A stretch of 64,000 bases of DNA, from assembly GCA_951406725.2 (NCBI GenBank), contig OX597814.1:8246001-8310000 (forward strand), given 5' to 3'. This DNA is from Octopus vulgaris (taxonomy: Eukaryota). This document shows, piece after piece, positions 11,430 to 25,200 of this stretch. The position numbers were made by a program, and so were the translations under genes. Under the pieces are notes generated by a model. That model did no database searches. It saw only the letters and a list, made by a program, of their open reading frames with translations, and had not been told where the DNA came from. Positions within the stretch are counted from its first letter, which is position 1. Each line of letters begins with the position of its first letter.

Positions 11430-14400
11430 GAAAGAAAAGCTATGCATAAGTGGTCTGGTTATGCCCCTGGCATAGGCCACGAGGTTATGGTCTCACTTGG
11501 CTTGCCGGGTCTTCTCAAGCACAGCATACTTCCAAAATTCTCGGTCACTAGTCATTTCCTTGGTGAGGCCTAATGTTCGAAGGTCATGCTTGACCACTTC
11601 ATCCCAGGTCTTCCTGGGTCTACCTCTTCCACAGGTTCCCTCAACCGCTAGGGTGTGGCACTTTTTCACACAGCTATCCCCCACTACTGACTTGGTCACC
11701 TAGGTAATGGAAGCTATGAACTACTTCTAGGTTTTCTTCCTGGAATGTGGTAGAAGTTGTTCTCTGCACATTTTCAGTATTTATTGCTCCTGAGCATCTG
11801 CCACATACAAAAACTATCTTCCCAGTTAGCTTTTCTTTGATATTGCTGCACCTCTTATGTGTCCATAGCTTACATTGGGTATATCTTATAGAGTTTCTAC
11901 CCACACCTTTTCTACAGATCGAGCAAGGCCATCTACTTGATGGGATTTGTGGTTTGTCTACCTTCCTACTTATTAGGACATTGGTTTTAGCTAGGTTGAC
12001 TCTAAGGCCCTTTGATTTATATCTTTTTCTCCACACCTGAAACTTCTCTTCTAGTTCTGATAAGGACTCAGCAATTAGAGCAAGGTTATCAACATAGAGG
12101 ATCTCCCAGGGGCATCCTGTCTTGAATTCATCCATTATTGCCTGGAGGACTATGATAAATAGGGGGGGGCTGAGGACTGAACATTGGTGGACCCCAACCT
12201 CTACCCGGAATTCTTCAGTGTACTTGTTGCCAACCCTCACCTTACAGCGTCCCTGTTCATGGCTTGCACAGCTCTCACTAACCATTCATCTATCTCTAGT
12301 TTCCTCAATGACCATCAGATAAGTGATAGGGGGACCCTGTCAAAGGTTTTCTCCATGTCAATGAAAGCCAGGTACAGTGGTTTATCTTTGGCTAGGTATT
12401 TCTCCTGCAGCTGTCTTACCAGAAATATAGCATTAGTGGTGCTTCTGCCAGGCACAAAACCAAACTGCATATCATCTAAACTGACTCTCTCCCTAATTAG
12501 TTGGGCTATGACCCTCTCTGTGACCTTCATTACCTGATCCAACAACTGGATACTTCTGTAATTATTTGTATCTAAAGCGTCACCTTTACCTTTGTAGCAG
12601 TTGACTATTATGCTGCTACACCAGTCATTTGGTATGACTCCTTCGTGTATCACCTGGTTAACTATATAGGTGACTAGGCTATAGCAGACACTGCCAGATA
12701 TTTTGAGCATCTCTGTGGTGACTCCTGATGGACCAGGGGCTTTCCATGTCAATTCAGATAGCTGGTCCCTCTGTGGGGTTGACATTCGGCAGACAAGTGA
12801 ACCATCATCCATACGGACACATTTCTCTCCTACAACATCACGATTCTCTCTCACACACTGTCTTGCAACACGAAATACCTCAAGTCTTTCATCCTCACAG
12901 CACAGAACATTGGCAAATTTTTACTTATCTGCTTCCCCTCTGGCTAAATAAACCTGTCTCCTAGCTTCCATTCTGGCAGTCTGATACGATTCCCTGCTAC
13001 CACTGTTCTTCCAGTCCTTCCAAGCCTGTTTCTTTTCTCTAATAGCCCTGTCAACAACATTGTTCAACCACCACATTATTTTGAGTCTTGAGGAAACTTT
13101 GCACCATCCACAGATCTGGTCGGTGGCTCTTAGTAGGTTGTCCCGTAGAAACCTCCAGTTGTCTTCCACATCGTGTTCAGATATGTCCCCTTATATTTTG
13201 TCAAAGGCTTCAAGTAATTCTCTGTCCATTCACAGGATCTTTAAGCTTCCAGACCCTTCTCCTCCATGTTGGTTGTCTTGTGGGGTACATTCTTTGCCTG
13301 GGAAGGTTTTGGCATTTATATGTAGCGATCTAGTCAATTTATATGTAGGATGTAGTCAATTTGGCTAGTGTGTCCGCCAGAACAATAGGTGACTAGGTGA
13401 CTGGCAGGTTTTCTGAGGTTAGTATTGCAAACCATAAGATCATTCATCGCAGAACTCCAGTAGCCTGGTTCCCTCCACGTTGCGGGAATTATAACCATAG
13501 CTTCTAAGTACGCCATGGAAGCCCCCTGTATGTTGTCCAACATGTCCATTGATGTCACCAGCCAAAAAAAGAAGGTCCCTGTCATTCGTCAACGCGGTAG
13601 TCTGCAGTAGGGTGTCATAAAATCGGTCTTTCTGCCCATCAGGTAGCCCTGGCTGAGGAGCCTAGGCCGAGATAATGGTTACTAAGCCATGATGAAGCAC
13701 TAATCTAATCTTAAGTATTCTGTCACATCCTCTCACTACCTCAATTACCTTATCTACCCATTTTCCTGCAAAAAGTATACCCACGCCCCCGACCCCATCA
13801 GTGTTCCCAGTCCAGAAAACCTTGTACCTGTGTTCTTTGCCTGTGAGGTACCTAGCAGAACCTCCTCTCCACCTTACTTCTTGGATGCAGCACATATCAA
13901 CACATCTCAACAATCTCACCAGACCTACCTTTCCGTTTGCCAACATTGAGAGTGCCAACCCTGAGGGTATGGGAGATATGGGCCCTTGAGACCCTGGGAT
14001 GGGGGACAGTAGCGTCACGTACCTGAAAAGAGAGCTCACATTTGGCAGAATTCATAAACAAACAATAGCCTTAAGTTCCACCTGCGTACACTATCATATT
14101 TTTTGCACTATATGATCACTACCTTATATAGTAGGGGGTGGAGATGACATAAAGCCTTTAGAAGTGTTCATGGGAGGCAACCAAAGGATGACAAAAAATA
14201 GGGACTTCCGGCACAGGTGGATGGGGTGGAGGGGCGAGTGCACCGCAAACTAGCAAACATGGATGAGAGCATCTTCTGGATACGTTTTCTTTCAGCAGAG
14301 GTATTAAAAATCGAGTAGGGGAATCTGAGTGTGTGTGCTAGTTTATATAGGGTGGTGGTGGTGGTGGTGGAGGAAGTAGGAAGTCTTGGCGAGGTGAGTG

Positions 14401-14624
14401 GTTATCGAGAGAGATAGAGAGACAGAGTGAGGCAGAGAGAGAGAAGGGGTGCCAGAGTCAAGGTGGTCAGAACACGAGGGAGAAAAATATTCTTTTGGGA
14501 TTTTGGGTAACATAATTTAATGAAACAGCAAATGTTGATAATAGTAAAATAGAATTGAAAAATCTGTGAGTTTTCGGTCAGCCCATCTAAGACAAAATTA
14601 GAAAAATAAGTGACTGAGTGATAA
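11430..14624 (-). mobile_element. RTE LINE with intact 5' end, internal deletions, missing most of the 3' UTR
   Basis: APE (CCIQEVRW) 14039-13662, RT 12854-11674. The 5' UTR matches the start of the copy at 43231. Confidence 0.9.
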
Positions 14625-14701
14625 ACTTATATATATATTAGACTGAATGAGATAACAAAGCGAAGGGTTTGAGGATTTTTCTGGACATTTATACAGAAAT
14701 A

Positions 14702-14749
14702 GTCCTACAGCTGTTTCTGGGATATTATGAATATCCCTTCATCAGAGAC
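14702..14749 (-). ncRNA. Type I hammerhead ribozyme motif (Penelope-type) in a pLTR fragment ~14640-14760
   Basis: Reverse strand: GTCT-CTGATGA-A-GGGATATT-cat-AATATCCC-A-GAAA-CAGCTG-TA-GGAC; palindromic stem III, GUA cleavage triplet. Confidence 0.75.
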
Positions 14750-14844
14750 ACTGTGAGAAAATATTTGTGTTCAGATTACAGTGGAAAAGGAGGTGATAGG
14801 GAATATAGAGGGAAATAAGAGAATGAAAGTAGAAATAAGATATA

Positions 14845-16330
14845 CTAGTAGTATAGCCCGGCATTGCCTGGGATTAAGTTAGGATTATTAAGTTAATCAA
14901 GCGCTTTGTTTCAAACCAAACTAAGTAACACTGACATCAAATTTGAGTGAAATCTATTGAAATTGGTAAATGTTTGACAATTTGATTGGGAAATCCCATA
15001 AAGAATCGGTCTATCGATTTTTCCACTCATCAATTATTTTATTTTCTTGAAGAACTTAAAGCATTCAAAAGATCCCATGAGTCTTAAGTAATGCCGGCAT
15101 CAAGTTTGAACAAAATACGTCAAAACTGGTAAAAGTTATGGTTGAAAAAGGGGTGTAGCCAATTTTAGTGGGAAATCCTATAAGGAATCAGTTTATCAAT
15201 TTTTCATCCTAATTGAATGGAAAACCAATAAGAAATCAGTTTATTGATCTTTCATCCCAAATAGGACTTAACCGAACACAACATTGCCGATTCAAAAAAT
15301 CTATATTTATACTTTAAAGTTGGTTTTCACACCCAACCCACTTCTGCAGAATCAGTGTTGCAACAGGAACGTATGGGTTGAGAGTTTGACCAGCAGAGGT
15401 GATCAGGTTGCACATGCCGGCCCTTTCAAACCCCACCATCATCTAACTACCCTCTTGGCCCATAGCTTTGGAACCCTTCTGGCAAGGAAAATAGAATGCC
15501 CAAAAGGGCTCCCGATCCTCTGTGTCAGAAGAGGTTATGTTCAGATCACAACTAAGCCTTAACCTAAGCTTAAGCTAACCTAGTGAAAGAGGGCTCAGGA
15601 GCCTCTAAAAGGCAGCAACTAATCCTGACCTAGTCCTAACTCCTCCCAGGGGCACTACCAGTCAAGGCTGCATCGAAGATATGCATTGGAAAAGGTTGCT
15701 TCAGAGATCTGCATTGGAGAAGGTTGCATCGAAGGTTTGCATTGGAGATTTGCACACCGGGAACTGCAATCTGCAACAATAGTGGCCTTAAAAAAGGGAG
15801 GCGAAAGGGACTTGACTACCAAGCAGGTCCCGTTGCACTGTTTAGGCAGATAAAGTGTGTACTCTTTATCCCATTTGAGTTGTTGTTTTGAGGTGTTCCA
15901 CTCATTGGAAGGTAGGTTTTTTTGAGGGGTGAGGATTAAAGCAGTGATTTATTTCTGGTATTATTATATCATAGAAGATTTTATGGCAGGAGATAAGTTT
16001 CAGCGAGGGCTATCTTTTGTTTTGAGCCACAGAGTTGTCAATGATCTATCAGCTGTTCAGGTACAGCATTCAGTAAATTCCGTAAAAAAGTTTTTATTTA
16101 TTTTTGAACTGGAAATGTACATTTCGTTTGATGTCAGCATAAAGTGAAAGAGAGAGAAAATGATGGGGTCATGTGTATATGTTGATGGTGGGGTGCAAGA
16201 TAGAAAGTGTGTGTGTGGGAGAGAGAGAGTGAGAGAGAGTGACAGCATATATTTTTAAAATTTATTTTTCCTCACATCTTTTTTAAGTGAGTGATTGACT
16301 GAAAGAGAGAGAGTGTGTGTGATAGTGTAA

Positions 16331-16369
<39 letters not shown>

Positions 16370-16736
16370 CAAAGACACACTAAAAGAGATGTGAGAAAAA
16401 GTAAATAAATAAAATTTACGCTCTCTCTCACACACACACACATCAACACCAACACACACCTCTTCACCATTGCAAGAAGGGGACTTAACTCATGTTAGCA
16501 ACCTTACAGATTTCAGTGATGTTCAAAATTGCTAAAAGTTATGGTTGAAAATTGATTTTTACCATAATCTGCAGATGCCTCGGAAAAATAAGTTGACAAA
16601 AGCACAGCCATGATTGTGACCAATGTCCTCCTAAAATTGGAGCGACGTGCATGCTAATTTGTGGACGTGCATAAATTACATTCACATACACACACACACA
16701 CACATACACACACATCCTGCCTTTTATAGATATAGA
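14845..16736 (-). mobile_element. Non-autonomous Helitron-like element
   Basis: Minus strand begins A^TC(tatatctataaaagg) with (TG)n and ends with hairpin cccaggcaatgccggg, then CTAG^T at 14845. Confidence 0.6.
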
Positions 16737-16823
16737 TAAAGATATTGAAGTTGCAGTTCCACTATTTGAGGAAAATGGTGTATAGAAATGGTAAAAAAGT
16801 TTCCTGTAATGGTAAGTTCCAAT

Positions 16824-17060
16824 GTGTGTGTGTGTGGGTGTACCCTTGACTTCACATCATGTGATTGTTGTAATTGAACATCATTGTCATAAAAGCAATG
16901 TCGTTTACTGCCATTTTTCCTTGAGAAAACACACCTGGTCATGGGGAAATGTTACATTTGCATGAAAACAGGTGAGGGTTGGCAACAGGAAAGGCATTCG
17001 GCCATAGAAAACCTACATAAACAAATTCCATCCAAATGATGCAAGTAGATGTTAAAAGAT
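16824..17060 (+). mobile_element. 3' half of SINE
   Basis: Homologous to the reverse strand of 26260-26510. Confidence 0.55.
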
Positions 17061-17203
17061 CCCCCCTACTGCTGCAGATCAAAAGAGAAAAAAAAGTCAT
17101 TAAAAAGAATTGCAATAAATTTAACTTTTTAGAGAAACTGAAAAGTCATTCACTTATTGAAAATGCCTTTTTTTGTATTGAACAATTTATAACTTCGTAC
17201 TAA

Positions 17204-18107
17204 ACGAGAGGGTACCCAAAAGAAACCAGAATTTGCAATATTATTTCATTTACTTAGTTTTACATGTTTACATGTTTGTCACCTTCAAAGTATTCTCTAT
17301 TTCAGGCAATGCATTGGTCCAGGTGTGTTTTCCACTATTCAAAGCAGTGCTGGAATACTTGCAAAATGATGCCTTTTAACACCTCCATTGTTTTTTTGAC
17401 TTCACCTTTCCACATCTGTAAATTCCACAGCACCAGCTTTCATCACTAGTGATGATCTTCGAAAAATGGCCCAGATCATCTTCCAACTTTTCATTCAGTT
17501 CAAGACATGCATTCGGTCATGACTGCTTTTGATCTTCCATGAGCAAGTGAGGCACAAATTTTGCGACAACTCTTTTTATTTGCAATTCTTTATTCAAAAT
17601 TCGTTGCCAGGAGATCCAGGACAGAGCAGTCATATCAGCAAGTTTGTCAATTGTTCAGTGATGGTCCTAAAGGTTCAGTTCATGAATTTTCATAATGTTT
17701 TCATTCATTCAGAAGGTCAATGGCCATCCTGAATGAGGTTGGTCTTCAAGCAACAAGTGACAATTCCTAAAGTGTGGAAACCATTTGCATACTTGTGTTT
17801 TGCTCATGGCAGCTTCGTTGTAAGATGTTTGAGACTTGGCAACTGTTTCGCCGCTTTCCCAGCAGAAAATAGAATTTTGTGGAAGCATGCTGTTTCTTTA
17901 TTTCAGCCATTGCAAAAATTGATGAACAGGGGAGAAGCACTGCATAACAAAGACGAACCATGTGGCAATACAACTTCAATCGACAATGCTGGTTGGCAGG
18001 CTGATGCCTGAAGGTCGCATCAAGTGGCTTCTAGTAGCAGAAACCTGAACTACAATGAGTTTGATGTACAAAGAATGTTTCAGGTTACTTTTGGGTACCC
18101 CTTTGTA
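17204..18107 (-). mobile_element. Internally deleted mariner transposon
   Basis: Imperfect TIRs acgagagggtacccaaaagaaacc / ggttacttttgggtacccctttgta. Transposase remnants: MAEIKKQHASTKFYFLLGK, VAKFVPHLL (WVPHEL-like) and C-terminal EYFEGD. Confidence 0.85.
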
Positions 18108-19662
18108 TGAGAAATAGTCAAGTTTGCATCGTATCAGATAAATGATCATAATTATCCCTTGTTATTTTTACAAGACAGGATTCACAGAGCGAGACAAGAG
18201 TATTTTACCAACAGCAATAAATTATCATTATTATTGTTACTATTATTGTTGTTGTTGTTGTTATTGATGATGCTTTGGCTGGACCTGTTTATTGAGCTCT
18301 CTGTAAGCGGGTATTAATTGTTGTGCTTCTTGAATTTTAATCACTGTTTTGTTTGCTGAACCTTTTTTGGTGTGCAGAAGGGGTTCTTTTGTTAAAAGTT
18401 CCCCCTTTAGGGGCGAATTTTAAACGTTTGGTCCTCTTTTTCTACCAAAACAAAATTGTATTTGTTCTTCATTTTCACGAAAAACAATATGGAGTCTATC
18501 ATGGAGGGGAGTGTTTCTGGCTGTTGTAACAGCCAGTACACTGTTGATATTCCCTCTTCACAGCACTAGCAGGAACAGCAGTACCAACACCACCAGCACC
18601 ACCACCATCAACAACAAAAACCAAGAATTCACCAATAACTCCACTATTATGAACACAGATAACACAGAAAAGAAAGAAAAATCAACGACTACAAGCAAAC
18701 CAGACAAACGTGGTTTCACATCAGCCACTGAACAAACAAAAGAATAAAATGAATTTTACTTTAGATGAGATAAAAGATGCAAAGGAGCTGTTAAGGAGAG
18801 ATGGGAACGATGTCCTCCTTAACATCCCACAGAATTTAATAGGAGAGACAAACAAAAAGACCATAACTTATAAAGTTTTGAACATAAAAAAGAAACTAGT
18901 TGAACAGGCCACTCAACAACAGTTGGAGGTCATTCTAAAGCCTATATGAAAACAAAAGACCTATGTGACATAAGGAAGATACTTCGGCACCATGGAAATG
19001 CAATTTGCAACAGAAGAAGAAGCAAAACAGCATTCCACAGGTCAGGGGTTGGAGCTCCTTGTTCAAACTGAACAAGAGGCCTTAAATTCAATCCCTCCCC
19101 ATGCTGGTGTTGGCTAAAGGGTTAGTTGCCTAAGCTTTTTTCTTTAGGGCAGGAGAACCTGAGGTGGCCTTGGTCACCACAGAAATAGTACCTAGCCCTT
19201 CTATCCTCCACAGCCACATGTAGTCTGAATCCGAGGGTAGAAGGCCTAGGTGCTATTTCTGTGGTGACCAAGGCCACCCCAGGTTCTCCTGCCCTAAAGA
19301 AAAAAAGCATAGGCGACTAGCCCTTTTGCCAACACCAGCACCGGGGAACCTCCAGTATAGCAGCAGCAGCACCAACAGCAGATACAATGGCAGCAGGAAC
19401 CAGTGGTCACCACATCATCAACACCATCACCATCACCAACACCAACACTGCCTGCAGCTGTTGCCAAGGCACCACCAATACCAAAAACAAAGATACCAGC
19501 CAAGCAGCAGCAGCAAATGAACCCCAACAAAACCAAAACCCAGAGAAAATCCCCTTTCCCAACCCAAACATCTCAGACTGTTTCAGTACTGAAGTTGAGA
19601 GAGAGGAGTGGCACACAGTCCACACCCACCACTCCAAGAAAAGAAAGAAAAAGACTAAAGAG

Positions 19663-22215
19663 ATCATCATCATCATCATCATCGTTTAACGTCCGCTTTC
19701 CATGCTAGCATGGGTTGGACGGTTCAACTGGGGTCTGAGAAGCCAGAAGGCTGCACCAGGCCAGTCAGATCTGGCAGTGTTTCTACAGCTGGATGCCCTT
19801 CCTAACGCCAACCACTCCGTGAGTGTAGTGGGTGCTTTTTACGTGCCACCGGCACAGGTGCCAGACGAGTCTGGCAAACGGCCACGATCAGATAGTGCTT
19901 TTTATGTGCCACCGGCAAGGGGGCCAGGTGAGGCTGGCAACGGCCACGATCGGATGGTGCTTTTTACGTGCCACCAGCATGGGGGCCAGGTGAGGCTGGC
20001 AACGGCCACGATCGGATGGTGCTTTTTACGTGCCACCAGCATGGGGGCCAGGTGAGACTGGCAACGGCCACGATCGGATGGTGCTTTTTACGTGCCACCA
20101 GCATGGGGGCCAGGTGAGGCTGGCAACGGCCACGATCGGATGGTGCTTTTTACGTGCCACCAGCATGGGGGCCAGGTGAGGCTGGCAATGGCCACGATCG
20201 GATGGTGCTTTTTACGTGCCACCGGCATGGGGGCCAGGTGAGGCTGGCAATGGCCACAAACGGATGGTGCTTTTTACGTGCCACCAGCATGGGGGCCAGG
20301 TGAGACTGGCAACGGCCACAAACGGATGGTGCTTTTTATGTGCCACCGGCATGGGGGCCAGGTGAGGCTGGCAATGGCCACGATCGGATGGTGCTTTTTA
20401 CGTGCCACCGGCATGGGGGCCAGGTGAGACTGGCAACGGCCACGATCGGATGGTGCTTTTTACGTGCCACCAGCATGGGGGCCAGGTGAGGCTGGCAATG
20501 GCCACGATCGGATGGTGCTTTTTACGTGCCACCGGCATGGGGGCCAGGTGAGGTTGGCAACGGCCACGAACGGATGGTGCTTTTTACGTGCCACCAGCAT
20601 GGGGGCCAGGTGAGACTGGCAACGGCCACAAACGGATGGTGCTTTTTACGTGCCACCGGCATGGGGGCCAGGTGAGGTTGGCAACGGCCACAAACGGATG
20701 GTGCTTTTTACGTGCCACCAGCATGGGGGCCAGGTGAGACTGGCAACGGCCACAAACGGATGGTGCTTTTTACGTGCCACCAGCATGGGGGCCAGGTGAG
20801 ACTGGCAACGGCCACAAACGGATGGTGCTTTTTACGTGCCACCGGCATGGGGGCCAGGTGAGGTTGGCAACGGCCACAAACGGATGGTGCTTTTTACGTG
20901 CCACCAGCATGGGGGCCAGGTGAGGCTGGCAACGGCCACGAACGGATGGTGCTTTTTACGTGCTACCGGCACGGGGGCCAGGTGAGGTTGGCAACGGCCA
21001 CAAACGGATGGTGCTTTTTATGTGCCACCAGCATGGGGGCCAGGTGAGGCTGGCAACGGCCACAAACGGATGGTGCTTTTTACGTGCCACCAGCATGGGG
21101 GCCAGGTGAGGCTGGCAACGGCCACGAATGGATGGTGCTTTTTATGTGCCACCGGCACGGGGGCCAGGTGAGGCTGGCAACGGCCACGAACGGATGGTGC
21201 TTTTTACGTGCTACCGGCATGGGGGCCAGGTGAGACTGGCAACAGCCACGATCGGATGGTGCTTTTTATGTGCCACCGGCACGGGGGCCAGGTGAGGCTG
21301 GCAACGGCCACGAACGGATGGTGCTTTTTACGTGCCACCGGCATGGGGGCCAGGTGAGACTGGCAACAGCCACGATCGGATGGTGCTTTTTACGTGCCAC
21401 CAGCATGGGGGCCAGGTGAGGTTGGCAACGGCCACAAACGGATGGTGCTTTTTACGTGCCACCAGCATGGGGGCCAGGTGAGGCTGGCAACGGCCACGAA
21501 CGGATGGTGCTTTTTACGTGCCACCGGCATGGGGGCCAGGTGAGGCTGGCAACGGCCACGAATGGATGGTGCTTTTTATGTGCCACCGGCACGGGGGCCA
21601 GGTGAGGCTGGCAACGGCCACGAACGGATGGTGCTTTTTACGTGCTACTGGCATGGGGGCCAGGTGAGACTGGCAACAGCCACGATCGGATGGTGCTTTT
21701 TATGTGCCACCGGCACGGGGGCCAGGTGAGGCTGGCAACGGCCACGAACGGATGGTGCTTTTTACGTGCCACCGGCATGGGGGCCAGGTGAGACTGGCAA
21801 CAGCCACGATCGGATGGTGCTTTTTATGTGCCACCGGCACGGGGGCCAGGTGAGGCTGGCAACGGCCACGAACGGATGGTGCTTTTTACGTGCCACCGGC
21901 ATGGGGGCCAGGTGAGACTGGCAACAGCCACGATCGGATGGTGCTTTTTATGTGCCACCGGCACGGGGGCCAGGTGAGGCTGGCAACGGCCACGAACGGA
22001 TGGTGCTTTTTATGTGCCACCGGCACGGGGGCCAGGTGAGACTGGCAACAGCCACGATCGGATGGTGCTTTTTATGTGCCACCGGCATGGGGGCCAGGTG
22101 AGGCTGGCAATGGCCACGATCGGATGGTGCTTTTTACGTGCCACCAGCATGGGGGCCAGGTGAGGCTGGCAACGGCCACGAATGGATGGTGCTTTTTACG
22201 TGTCACCGGCACGGG
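19663..22215 (-). mobile_element. 5'-truncated RTE 3' UTR insertion carrying an expanded repeat array
   Basis: (CAT)n at 19663-19683, then an RTE terminus nearly identical to 6213-6365, then the 62-bp array. Confidence 0.85.
19836..22213. repeat. About 38 copies of a 62-bp GC-rich minisatellite
   Basis: Unit gtgccaccggcatgggggccaggtgaggctggcaacggccacgatcggatggtgctttttac; phase shifts 2 nt per 60-nt line. Confidence 0.97.
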
Positions 22216-25200
22216 TAGAAGAAAAAAGGGGGAGGTGCAAAGAAGAGGAACTTCCCAACAGCAGTATCATACACACACACAACAACCACCAACAACATCA
22301 CTACCACCTCCACCAGTACTACCACCTCAAACACTAACACAATGTACAGCATAAACAGACTCCACAAATACCACCAGCCTCACAGGCATCAACACAGATG
22401 ATATATACCCAATAACATATCTATACAACTATGCAGACACCACACTAGCAGACTTTGTCTTCCCAACACACAATGCACCACCATCACTCATGCAAATTGT
22501 AAAACTCACCCAAAACACATACACCAAATTGAAATGAAACTTCTCAAATGTTGTTGGGGCTCTCCAAAAGACCTTCACAAGAAGACTTTTTAAAAATTTT
22601 GTAGAAGCTCCCACACCAAAGACTAAGGAGGCCACCCTACCAGACAACAGTGGTTAGTAGAGCTTTTCTCCAACCTAAATATTTATTTTTAGCATGGTGA
22701 TGCTCAGGATAGATTGTATAAATCTCAGGGGCCTTGTGTTGCCTTGGAAACAAGATCACCTTTTAAATGATCTGAAGTCCCTTAGTGTAGACGTAGCAGC
22801 CATTAGTGAAATCAGACTATCCAACTTGTGGGGACCCATCAGCCTTTCTGGTGGATACGAGGTTTTTCTATCTCCATGTCGGCCAGGAGGGAGAAGTGGT
22901 GGTACAGTGGTACTTTTCCAGAAAGGTCTAGATTTGAAAATAAAGACAGACCTCCTGGATCCAGAAGGTAAGTTGGTGGGCGTAGATGTGAACAGCAGTG
23001 ACAGCAGTACCTTCAGACTGGTGGCCGTCTATGCTCCGACAGGGGCAGGGCGGTCTGATTACTTCAAGCATCTGGGTGTCTTCCAGGGCAAGTCGCAGAC
23101 TTTAGTATTAGTAGGGGATTGGAATGCTGTTTTAGATGGACGTTTTGATTGCATGGGTCTATCTGATAGGAGAGGTGTGTGCAAAAGCCTCAAAAACCTG
23201 CTCACATGTTTTCAGTTTTCTCGCAGGTACCGACTGGATTACCTGAATGTGCCAATGTGAACTTGGGCAAATCACATCAGGTCATCTAGATCATATCTAG
23301 ATAGAGTATTCAGTAGGCCAGCAGATAAGGATAGTATAGTTTGTCCACAATTTCACTTGGCTACACAGACCACAAACTCGTGATCTGTATGGTTGACCTA
23401 GATAGGCTTTGTAGACAGGGTCACGGTTACTGGAAACTGAACGTCATTACCAGCATGTCAAGCTTACAGAGACTGGATTAGCATTTTAGTTAAGAGGGCA
23501 TTGATAGGCAAAATTTTCAACAACAACTGGTAGTTTGCTCTTAAAAGGGCAATTAGAGTAGAATCAATTGGGTTTAGCAAGGCTTTAGCAGTATAGAGAA
23601 ATAAAATAGAGGGAGATTTAGTTAGAGAGTTAGATGAGGCACTTAAGACAGGCATCTCAACAGACATGTTGGCAGTGATGTTGGCCCTCGACCAATTTTT
23701 TGATGCCAAACATGAAGGCTGCATTATCAGAGCTAAGGCACATTCACTAAGTGGGGAGAAGACGAAAGCCACCCAAGATGCCTGAGTGACAGAGACAAAA
23801 CATGGCAACAAAGCAACCATTCAGTTATTGGTGGACCAGAATGGGCATGAGGTGTTCAAACTGAAGCAGATGAATGTGGATTTCAGCAGCGTTTTGTTCA
23901 ACTGTTCGGGATGAATAGTAGGACAGATAACAAGGCAGACCTCGGTGTCTACCTGGACAGCCTGCTGCAACTCTTGGCAAGCTTGTCAGAGTACTGCGAA
24001 AGGCCAATAACAACTACAGAGATATAGGAAGTGATGAAGAACTGCATTAGAGGTAGATCACCAGGTTTGGATGGTCTGTCTACGAGTTTTATATTTCGAT
24101 ACCAGACTTGTTTACAGGCCTCTTAGCAGACGTCTACTGCAACTGGCAGCATAATGGGAGAATTCCTACTTGTCTGTCGAGGGGCAGTGGAACTGTGGAG
24201 AAAGGACTCAAATAAAGGGGACACTATAGAAAATTTCAAGACTATCACTCTGCTCAATGCAGAGTTGAAGATTTTGGTCAAGGTGTTAGCCAAGCTGGTT
24301 CACACTTGTCGTGGACAAGCTGGTTGGCAAGATGCAAACATGTGCCATCCCAACCAGGACCATTCCCGACAACCTGCACCTAATGTGCAACATGATAGAG
24401 AGAGTGAGTAATGAAGCTAGCATGGGTGGGGCTCTGATCAAATAAGATCAATATAAAGCCTTGAATAGGGTTGACCATCAATACTTGGCGGCTGTCCTCA
24501 AGGCAACTGGGTTCGGTCTGGTTTTCCAAGATTGGATCAATCACTGCTTTGTACAGAACATCTACTCAGTTGTTCAGGTGAATGGTTACCTGTCAGAGCC
24601 ATTCAGTATCTTGCACTTGGTCTTTCAAGGGTGCCTTCTCTCCCCACTTCTCTATGTCCTGACTCTGGAGCCACTATTGCAGAAGTTGGAGGCTTTGAGA
24701 GGCGTCCCATGTGATCTAGGATGTGGGAGAAATGCGTCTGCTTATCCTGACGATGTCGCCATCATAGCATTGAGCCACAGGCATGTAGACCTGATTGGTG
24801 ACACACTAGAAGAATATGAAACAGTGACAGAAGCAACAATTAAAGTCAGTGGGCTTACAATGCATTATGATGTCCAACAGTGTTGTGGGTCACTGAACAG
24901 ACAGCCTGGTTAAATTGCTTGGGGTCTGATTTGGTCCAGACCTCCAGGTGGAGAAAAACTGGGATGAGGTGACAAGAAGGGTAGCCAACCTCACCCAGAA
25001 ATGGGCTGAGACGAAGCTGTCCCTGAAAGGTCAAGCCAAGGTGGCAAAAGCATACATCGCATCTGTCATCTATTACCACTTGACCATTGTCCTTTGCCCC
25101 ATTTGCTTGTTGACCCAGCTGGTGCACTTGCTCTTCTGCTTTCTGTAGAAGGGGCGTATTCCACTGGTCAGGCACTCCATCTGCTGTCAACAGCTGCTAA

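Noticed and set aside
19836-22213. CRISPR-like array next to reverse transcriptases
   Set aside because: Units are contiguous near-identical repeats without unique spacers, there are no cas genes, and the context is eukaryotic.
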